Below are positions 18,629 through 25,594 of a DNA stretch of 64,000 nucleotides, piece by piece. The number at the start of each line of letters is the position of its first letter. Positions within the stretch are counted from its first letter, which is position 1. The stretch is from Bacillota bacterium (GTDB lineage: Bacteria > Bacillota > SHA-98 > UBA4971): NCBI GenBank assembly GCA_012689375.1, contig JAAZLO010000050.1, positions 2,538 through 66,537 of the forward strand, written 5' to 3'. A program made the translations under genes and the position numbers. The notes beneath the pieces are model-generated. The model did not search any database. It saw nothing but the letters and a program-made list of their open reading frames with translations, and had not been told where the DNA came from.

Positions 18629-20467
18629 GTGCAAAAGAAAAGAACTCATATGGTTGGAGAACTTGCAGATGAATCCTTTGTGGGGGAGACGGTTGTTCTT
18701 GCCGGATGGATCGCTAAGAGAAGGGATCTTGGCGGTTTAATTTTTATTGATCTCCGGGATCGATCAGGAGTCGTCCAAGTAGTATTTAATCCTGAGACAT
18801 CTCCAAGTTCTCACAAAGCAGCCGAAAAACTTAACCTCGAGGATGTAGTGTGCATATCCGGGATTGTTGTAAGGCGCCCGGTTGATGCAGTAAATCCTTT
18901 GATTCCTACCGGTAAAATTGATATATCAGCTGAATTTCTTGAGGTTCTGTCTAAATCAAAAACTCCGCCTTTTTATATCACTGAAAATCTTGAAGTTGAT
19001 GAACTCCTGAGGCTTAAATACAGGTATCTCGATCTTCGCAGGCCTGATATGCAAAGGAATATAATACTTAGGCATCGTTTGACAATGGCAATAAGAAATT
19101 TCTTGGATTCCCATGGGTTTATTGAAATAGAGACACCTATGTTTATAAAAAGTACACCTGAGGGTGCCCGCGATTATGTCGTGCCAAGCCGTGTGAATCC
19201 TGGGCGTTTTTTTGCGCTGCCACAGTCCCCCCAGCTTTTCAAGCAGCTTTTGATGGTATCGGGATTTGATAAGTACTTCCAGCTTGCTCGCTGTTTTCGG
19301 GACGAAGACTTACGTGCCGACAGACAGCCTGAATTTACGCAAATCGATATTGAGATGTCTTTCGTTGATAGGGATGATGTACTTAATCTTACTGAGGCAA
19401 TGATAGTCGATGGTATAGAGAAAACCCTTGGGGTATCAGTGCCAAGGCCTTTTACCAGAATATCATATGCCGAAGCCATGGAGCGATATGGCTCTGATAA
19501 GCCGGATATAAGATTTGGTATGGAAATTATAGATATAAGCCACATGGTAGAAAATTGCGATTTTCGTATTTTCCAGAATACGATCGAAGCCGGTGGCAGG
19601 ATATCTGCCATAGTGGCACCGGGCTGTAACGACTATTCCAGGCAACAAATCAAGGAGCTTGAAGAAGTTGTTAAAAGTTTTGGTGCGGCCGGGCTTATGT
19701 CAATTTCTGTGACACACGGGGAGAATGGAAAGCCTGATTTAAATTCTCCCTTAACTAAATTCCTTAAAGACAACGAATTAGAAAATATTTTACAGGTTAC
19801 AGGTGGGAAAGACGGAGATCTTATTTTGATTGTGGCAGGTCCTGAAAGCATAGTATTAGAATCCCTTGGCCGGCTCAGATTACACCTTGGTACTAAACTG
19901 GATTTAATTCCAAAAGGGAAAATGGCATTTCTTTGGGTTACTGAATTTCCTATGTTCGAAATGAGTCAGGAAGAGGGAAAAATGTCTGCTGTTCATCATC
20001 CGTTTACTTCTCCGTTAGAAGAAGATATTGAGCGTATGGAAACGGATCCTTTGGAAGTCCGCGCAAATATCTACGATCTAGTTTTAAACGGGGTGGAATT
20101 GGGTAGCGGAAGCATAAGGATCCATAGGCGGGATGTCCAGGAGAAAGTCTTTAAAGTTCTGAAAATTAGTGAAGAAGAAACCAAAGAGAAATTTGGTTTC
20201 CTGCTGGAAGCCTTTGAATATGGGCCGCCTCCCCATGGCGGGATTGCAATAGGCTTTGACAGGCTAACCATGTTGCTAGCGGGTAGGAACACTATCCGCG
20301 ACGTAATTGCGTTCCCTAAAACGCAAAAAACAGTATGCCCGTTAACAGGGGCGCCCAGTGTAATCAGTAAAGAACAGCTGGCTGAATTGCATATACAGCT
20401 GGCCGAAATGGATAAAATATGCACAGACGGTGATACGGAGCGCCTTGAAATCACTAAAGGCTTATGA
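18629..20467 (+). CDS. aspS: Aspartate--tRNA ligase
   Basis: 612 aa with an N-terminal OB fold, class II motifs and an AspRS GAD insertion. GTG start with RBS GGAGAGAGAAG. Confidence 0.93.
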   Translation: MQKKRTHMVGELADESFVGETVVLAGWIAKRRDLGGLIFIDLRDRSGVVQVVFNPETSPSSHKAAEKLNLEDVVCISGIVVRRPVDAVNPLIPTGKIDISAEFLEVLSKSKTPPFYITENLEVDELLRLKYRYLDLRRPDMQRNIILRHRLTMAIRNFLDSHGFIEIETPMFIKSTPEGARDYVVPSRVNPGRFFALPQSPQLFKQLLMVSGFDKYFQLARCFRDEDLRADRQPEFTQIDIEMSFVDRDDVLNLTEAMIVDGIEKTLGVSVPRPFTRISYAEAMERYGSDKPDIRFGMEIIDISHMVENCDFRIFQNTIEAGGRISAIVAPGCNDYSRQQIKELEEVVKSFGAAGLMSISVTHGENGKPDLNSPLTKFLKDNELENILQVTGGKDGDLILIVAGPESIVLESLGRLRLHLGTKLDLIPKGKMAFLWVTEFPMFEMSQEEGKMSAVHHPFTSPLEEDIERMETDPLEVRANIYDLVLNGVELGSGSIRIHRRDVQEKVFKVLKISEEETKEKFGFLLEAFEYGPPPHGGIAIGFDRLTMLLAGRNTIRDVIAFPKTQKTVCPLTGAPSVISKEQLAELHIQLAEMDKICTDGDTERLEITKGL

Positions 20468-20489
20468 TATTATTCATTTACAAAGAAAA

Positions 20490-20680
20490 TGAAAACCCTA
20501 CCGTGTTCGATTCGGATTAGGTAACTTTTGTTCCAACACCATTTGAAAGGGGCCTCAGCTCCGGGTGGGGCGTGAGTGACGCCTATGTGCGAAGTCGCAA
20601 ACCTCCCGGGAGGGCACCCACCTGCAGGGCGCAGGGATATAAATGTTACCATCCAGGCGGCATGGTGGGGTTCGTTTTTT
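20490..20680 (+). ncRNA. ssrS: Probable 6S RNA (ssrS/bsrA-like)
   Basis: ~190 nt GC-rich structured element in an AT-rich spacer directly downstream of aspS, which is where 6S-1 RNA (bsrA) sits in B. subtilis. The 5' end CCCUACCGUG (20496-20505) pairs with the 3' end CAUGGUGGGG (20661-20670), including two G-U pairs. A second helix pairs GUAAC (20521-20525) with GUUAC (20645-20649). An AU-rich internal bubble and a terminal U-tract follow. Confidence 0.5.
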
Positions 20681-20758
20681 TTATATTGACTTCCTACCTT
20701 TTTCTGCAAAACATATAGTCCCGGATTATTACCGATAATTTCGTAAAAATATAATATA

Positions 20759-20787
20759 TTGACACCTCGATAGTCTAATGATATATT
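20759..20787 (+). promoter_or_regulatory. SigA-type promoter for the rrf2-iscS-iscU-mnmA operon
   Basis: TTGACA (20759-20764), 17-nt spacer, TATATT (20782-20787). Confidence 0.5.
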
Positions 20788-20795
20788 CTCTATGA

Positions 20796-20824
20796 GAGAA
20801 TCCCAAGTAAACTAATCGGGATTC
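20796..20824 (+). promoter_or_regulatory. Candidate Rrf2-regulator operator (inverted repeat)
   Basis: GAGAATCCC-N13-GGGATTC inverted repeat between the -10 box and the RBS of the Rrf2 gene. Confidence 0.35.
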
Positions 20825-20850
20825 CTTCCCTGTTGCAGGGGGTGAATTAA

Positions 20851-21297
20851 TTGAGACTGTCAACACGTGGTAGATATGGATTGCGGGCTATGTATGAACT
20901 AGCTCTCCACTACGGAGAGGGGCCTATTCCTTTGAATTTTATCGCTGATAAGCAGATGGTTTCTGTGCATTATCTTGAGCAATTGATGGCTAAATTACGC
21001 AGGGCGGGGCTGGTCGTAAGTTCCAGAGGTGCCCAAGGAGGTTATGAGCTATCAAGACCGCCTGAAAAAATCACAGTGGGGGATGTTGTCAGAATTACGG
21101 AAGGTTCTTTTGATCCCGTCCAATGCCTTTCTAATGATTTTGGTGATGATGATTGTGAGCAATTTGGGGATTGTGTGGTCCGTCTGGTATGGAAACGGCT
21201 TCGTGATTCTACCAATGAAGTGTTAGATTCGCTGAATCTCCGCGACTTATGTGACGGGACTATAGATCCGGAGGATACGTTGTCTGAAAAATCTTAG
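20851..21297 (+). CDS. Rrf2-family transcriptional regulator (IscR/CymR-like)
   Basis: N-terminal MRLSTRGRYGLRAM HTH that is typical of Rrf2. It has a C-terminal Cys cluster (C..C.....C). TTG start with RBS GGGGGTG. Confidence 0.8.
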   Translation: MRLSTRGRYGLRAMYELALHYGEGPIPLNFIADKQMVSVHYLEQLMAKLRRAGLVVSSRGAQGGYELSRPPEKITVGDVVRITEGSFDPVQCLSNDFGDDDCEQFGDCVVRLVWKRLRDSTNEVLDSLNLRDLCDGTIDPEDTLSEKS

Positions 21298-21338
21298 GGG
21301 GCCTCTGCAGTTACATTGATATTTAGGAGATGATAGGG

Positions 21339-22529
21339 ATGAAACTCGTATACCTGGATAATGCAGCAACAACAAAACCCAGAACAGAGGTAGTTGAATC
21401 AATGATTCCTTTTTTAAAGGAAAGGTATGGGAACCCATCCAGTATTTATAGCATAGCCAGGGATACCAAGGTTGCTTTAACAAAGGCAAGGGAGAAGGTG
21501 GCAGCAGCAATCCATGCAAATCCTGAAGAAATTATTTTCACCGGAAGCGGGAGTGAGGCCGATAATATTGCAGTTAAAGGTGTGGCTTATGCATATGCTA
21601 AGAAAGGCCGCCATATTATTACTTCGGCAATAGAACATCATGCTGTACTTGACAGCGTTAAACACCTTGAGGCAAGGGGATTTAAGACAACATTTCTACC
21701 GGTGGATTCTTACGGGATGGTGGATCCGGGAGATGTAGAGGCTGCTATTACAAAGGATACAATCCTTATCACGATAATGCATGCTAACAACGAAATAGGA
21801 ACAATTCAGCCTATCAGTGAAATAGCCGGCATAGCGAAAAAGCGGGGGGTTATATTTCATACGGATGCAGTTCAAACTGTGGGGCATATTCCTGTGGATA
21901 TTAATGAACTCGGTGTGGATATGCTTTCTTTGTCAGGGCATAAATGCAACGGCCCCAAGGGTGTAGGAGCTCTTTGGGTTAAAAAAGGTGTAAAACCTGA
22001 AAAGCTTATTGACGGGGGGAGCCAAGAATATAACAGAAGAGCCGGAACGGAAAACGTTGCAGGAATAGTAGGTTTTGCCACTGCTTTGGAATTGGCTGTA
22101 AAAGAAGTCGAATACGAATCAAGTCGGCTTATAGGGTTGAGGGATTATCTTATTAAAGGAATCTTGGAACGTATTCCCCACGTTAAATTAACCGGTCACC
22201 CAACCGAGAGGCTCCCTGGAAATGCAAGTTTTTGTTTCGAATTTATAGAAGGCGAGTCACTCCTCCTCAGCCTTGATAGGGTAGGCATATGCGGTTCCAG
22301 TGGATCCGCATGCACCTCAGGCTCTTTAGAGCCATCCCATGTTCTTCTGGCTATTGGGCTCCCGCATGAGATAGCCCATGGTTCCCTTAGGTTATCACTT
22401 GGGCGTGAAACTACACTTCAGGACATTGATTATGTTCTAGAAATGTTACCGCCGATAGTTAATAAGTTAAGGGCTATGTCCCCGCTTTATGAGGATGTTC
22501 CCCTTGAAGCATCAAGCATGTCATATTAG
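21339..22529 (+). CDS. iscS: Cysteine desulfurase (IscS/NifS)
   Basis: PLP-fold class V aminotransferase with catalytic-loop SGSACTSG and PLP-Lys region SGHK. Start ATG 21339 (MKLVYLDNAATT). The ORF track starts at 21330. Confidence 0.9.
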   Translation: MKLVYLDNAATTKPRTEVVESMIPFLKERYGNPSSIYSIARDTKVALTKAREKVAAAIHANPEEIIFTGSGSEADNIAVKGVAYAYAKKGRHIITSAIEHHAVLDSVKHLEARGFKTTFLPVDSYGMVDPGDVEAAITKDTILITIMHANNEIGTIQPISEIAGIAKKRGVIFHTDAVQTVGHIPVDINELGVDMLSLSGHKCNGPKGVGALWVKKGVKPEKLIDGGSQEYNRRAGTENVAGIVGFATALELAVKEVEYESSRLIGLRDYLIKGILERIPHVKLTGHPTERLPGNASFCFEFIEGESLLLSLDRVGICGSSGSACTSGSLEPSHVLLAIGLPHEIAHGSLRLSLGRETTLQDIDYVLEMLPPIVNKLRAMSPLYEDVPLEASSMSY

Positions 22530-22603
22530 GGGGATCGCTGTTTTGTGATAATCGGACAATAATTATAAGTAACATGTTTTTGTAGATATAGGGGGTATAA
22601 TCT

Positions 22604-23011
22604 ATGTATACCGAAAAAGTAATGGACCATTTTATAAATCCAAGAAACATCGGGGAAATCCAAGATGCAGACGGCGTAGGCATGGTTGGAAACCCTGTTT
22701 GCGGCGATATTATGAAGATAACAATAAAGGTTGAAAAAGGTAAGATTAAGGATGCCAAGTTTAAGACTTTCGGTTGTGGTGCGGCAATAGCAGTAAGCAG
22801 TATGATAACGGAAATGGTAAAAGGTAAGACTGTGAGGGAAGCCCTGGAGATATCTAACAAGGCAGTAGCGGATGCTTTAGGAGGCCTTCCCCCTAAGAAA
22901 ATGCATTGCTCAAATCTTGGTGCCGATGCCCTGAAAAGGGCCATTAAGGATTATATGGAAAAGCAGGAGGAGAGTCTGCCCAAAACTAAAATAGATGGCG
23001 AGGCTTCATAA
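22604..23011 (+). CDS. iscU: Fe-S cluster assembly scaffold IscU/NifU
   Basis: Conserved IscU motifs GNPVCGD, FKTFGCGAAIA and KMHCS. 135 aa. Confidence 0.9.
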   Translation: MYTEKVMDHFINPRNIGEIQDADGVGMVGNPVCGDIMKITIKVEKGKIKDAKFKTFGCGAAIAVSSMITEMVKGKTVREALEISNKAVADALGGLPPKKMHCSNLGADALKRAIKDYMEKQEESLPKTKIDGEAS

Positions 23012-23014
23012 ACC

Positions 23015-24088
23015 ATGGGTGTTTTTTCCCCTAATTCTGCTGCTGGGTATGAAGGCTCCGGGAGACGGGTGATTGTTGCTATAAGCGGCGGGGTGGACAG
23101 CTCTGTCGCAGCTATGATTTTAAAATCGAAAGGATTCCATGTAACCGGGGTTATTTTAAAGATCTGGGAAGGCTTTTCTTCCCGGGATGCAGAGTCAGTA
23201 GCTGACTTTCTTGATATCCCGTATCACATAATTGATGTTACAGATTATTTCCGAAACGAAATTGTTAATTATTTCATAGATGAATATACTAACGGACGAA
23301 CTCCAAACCCATGTGTGAAGTGTAATTCCGATATTAAATTCCGCTATCTCCTTGATATAAAACGTGAACTAAAAGCAGATTATATTGCCACAGGCCATTA
23401 TGCAAGGACGTCATTTGATTCTGTCCGGGATAGGTTCCTATTAAAAAAGGCGCTGGATGATACAAAGGATCAATCATATGTTCTCCATCGTCTCACCCAG
23501 CATACTCTTTCATTTTCGCTTTTTCCGTTAGGGGATCTCAGTAAAAATCAAGTTAGAAGAGCCGCGTCTGAGGCTAACATTCCCGTTGCAGACAAAAGCG
23601 AAAGTCAGGAGATATGTTTTCTTTCAGGAAGTAGTTACAGGGATTTCCTGAGAACCCGGAATAATTCAATGATCAGACCCGGACCGATTTTAGATACCGA
23701 GGGCAATATCATAGGGGAGCATTGCGGATTACCGTTCTATACAATTGGTCAAAGAAAAGGCCTTGATCTCCGGGGGCCAGAGAAACTTTATGTTGTAAAA
23801 ATTGATGTGGTTAATAATTCAATTATAGTAGGTGAAAAAAAGGATTTGTTGTCCGGGACATTAAAAGCCCGGGGGATAAATTGGATTGCATACCGCACCC
23901 CGCCACCGGAAATACGGCTGGGGATTAAAATCCGCTATAATGCAAAGGAGGTCCCTGGTTTACTTATACGGAAAAACCAAGACATGGTTGACGTCTTATT
24001 TGACGAACCCCAAAGGGCTGTAACTCCCGGTCAATTCGTAGTATTTTATGAGGGTGATGTTGTAGTCGGAGGAGGAACCATCGTCTAA
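23015..24088 (+). CDS. mnmA: tRNA-specific 2-thiouridylase MnmA
   Basis: PP-loop SGGVDSS, with MnmA-like C-terminal domains. Standard position after iscS-iscU. Confidence 0.9.
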   Translation: MGVFSPNSAAGYEGSGRRVIVAISGGVDSSVAAMILKSKGFHVTGVILKIWEGFSSRDAESVADFLDIPYHIIDVTDYFRNEIVNYFIDEYTNGRTPNPCVKCNSDIKFRYLLDIKRELKADYIATGHYARTSFDSVRDRFLLKKALDDTKDQSYVLHRLTQHTLSFSLFPLGDLSKNQVRRAASEANIPVADKSESQEICFLSGSSYRDFLRTRNNSMIRPGPILDTEGNIIGEHCGLPFYTIGQRKGLDLRGPEKLYVVKIDVVNNSIIVGEKKDLLSGTLKARGINWIAYRTPPPEIRLGIKIRYNAKEVPGLLIRKNQDMVDVLFDEPQRAVTPGQFVVFYEGDVVVGGGTIV

Positions 24089-24099
24089 TTTCCTGCTAA

Positions 24100-24417
24100 G
24101 TGGCAATACTAAGTATGCTTTTATACGTAACTGTTCCGGGGGTGACTCTTTTGAATAGATTCTGGAGGGCTGTGCTGGCAGGGACAACTGCAGGCATTGT
24201 AATAGGCACTTACTATTTCATTAAAACTAAAAAAGGTGACACAAGGCTTATAACAGGGGGATCCCAAGCAAAAGAAAAGGCAGTAAGAATCTCCGGTCGG
24301 ATTTTGGGGACTACTGACCGTCTTATAAAGAGTATTGGAAGAGGGGTTTCACATGTAGGCCGGAATATGCAAGTATTAGGGAATCGCCTCAGCGTGGGAG
24401 AGGCGGATCGGTTGTAG
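24100..24417 (+). CDS. Small membrane protein (hypothetical)
   Basis: 105 aa with N-terminal hydrophobic helices and a basic C-terminal half. No recognised family. Confidence 0.35.
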   Translation: MAILSMLLYVTVPGVTLLNRFWRAVLAGTTAGIVIGTYYFIKTKKGDTRLITGGSQAKEKAVRISGRILGTTDRLIKSIGRGVSHVGRNMQVLGNRLSVGEADRL

Positions 24418-24548
24418 GTAAGTATCCGGGGGATCTTTCTAACAGACCGTGGGGGTTCTGGCTTTTTATTGTTTGCCCCGGGGTAATCACTGTTCTTTTT
24501 CTGTACAAAGTTAGGGGTATCCTCAGTCCTTTCCTTCTTGCATTTGCC

Positions 24549-25457
24549 TTGTCTTATCTGATGAATCCCCTTGTCACGCACTTAGAAAAACGCGGTGCAC
24601 CCAGGGGGCTAGGTACACTCATTATTTATTTAGGGTTTACACTTGCTATGGCCTTACTTGTTTTATATGCATTCCCGCAATTTTTGACTCAGCTTGAACG
24701 CCTTGCCAAAATTCTTCCCCAACAGACGACGGACATGCAATCACGGCTTGCCACATTTTACGAAAGGTTTACCAGGATTAATATACCGGAACCGATAAAA
24801 AATGCAGTTGATAATGGGATAGAAAAGGCCCAACAGGCTCTGATAGATCTCGTTGAACGTACATTGGGTTCGGCCCCTGAGTTATTATCAAAATTGGGTT
24901 TAATTATTTTTGTACCCGTAGTGGCCTTTTATATGACTATGGATTTTCCCCGGCTAAAGACATGGTTTTTATCCTGGATACCGGAAAGATGGCGCAGCGA
25001 TGTGCTTGGCCTTATGATCGAAATTGATGATAATCTCGGATCTTTCGTTCGGGGTCAGCTACTTATTTCTGCAATTGTGGGTATTTTGATTGCAATCGGA
25101 CTGTCCCTTATCGATGTGGATTTTGCGTTAATAATAGGGCTTATAGCAGGAATCTTCAATATAGTGCCCTACTTCGGGCCTGTGATAGGGGCCGCCCCGG
25201 CAATTATACTTGCACTTTTAAAGTCGCCCTTGAGTGCGGTATACGTTGCTATTCTCTTTTTCATTGTTAACCAGGTGGAAAGTAGTATAATAGGACCGAA
25301 CATCCTGGGGGAACATATAGGTTTACATCCTGTGACAGTTATTTTCTGCATAGTCTCAGGAGGTTATCTCTTTGGATTTTTAGGCATCATTTTGGCAGTA
25401 CCTGTAACTTCTATTATTAAAGTAACCCTGAGATATATTTATAATAAAATTTCATAA
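24549..25457 (+). CDS. AI-2E family transporter (YdiK/TqsA-like). The annotated TTG start truncates the N-terminus.
   Basis: AI-2E-like over its length. The conserved N-terminal region PFLLAFALSYLMNP straddles the called start. The in-frame upstream sequence (from 24318) encodes the expected TM1 (WGFWLFIVCPGVITVLFLY) but contains no ATG/GTG/TTG. Confidence 0.7.
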   Translation: MSYLMNPLVTHLEKRGAPRGLGTLIIYLGFTLAMALLVLYAFPQFLTQLERLAKILPQQTTDMQSRLATFYERFTRINIPEPIKNAVDNGIEKAQQALIDLVERTLGSAPELLSKLGLIIFVPVVAFYMTMDFPRLKTWFLSWIPERWRSDVLGLMIEIDDNLGSFVRGQLLISAIVGILIAIGLSLIDVDFALIIGLIAGIFNIVPYFGPVIGAAPAIILALLKSPLSAVYVAILFFIVNQVESSIIGPNILGEHIGLHPVTVIFCIVSGGYLFGFLGIILAVPVTSIIKVTLRYIYNKIS

Positions 25458-25498
25458 TAAATCCGGCTGACTGATAATGGGATAACCCGGGATTTTCG

Positions 25499-25527
25499 TT
25501 GACACCTATAAGGGTACAGGCTATGAT
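25499..25527 (+). promoter_or_regulatory. SigA-type promoter upstream of alaS
   Basis: TTGACA (25499-25504), 17-nt spacer, TATGAT (25522-25527). The palindrome GCACA-TATT-TGTGC (25542-25555) lies just downstream near the predicted TSS. Confidence 0.55.
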
Positions 25528-25594
25528 ATTAGTATCTTATAGCACATATTTGTGCCAATTTTATTAGAAATACCGGTTCGGGGGGCAACAGTCT

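Noticed and set aside
20470-20709. 79-aa minus-strand ORF in the aspS-rrf2 spacer
   Set aside because: It lies entirely within the GC-rich structured element interpreted as 6S RNA. The GC richness explains the open frame.
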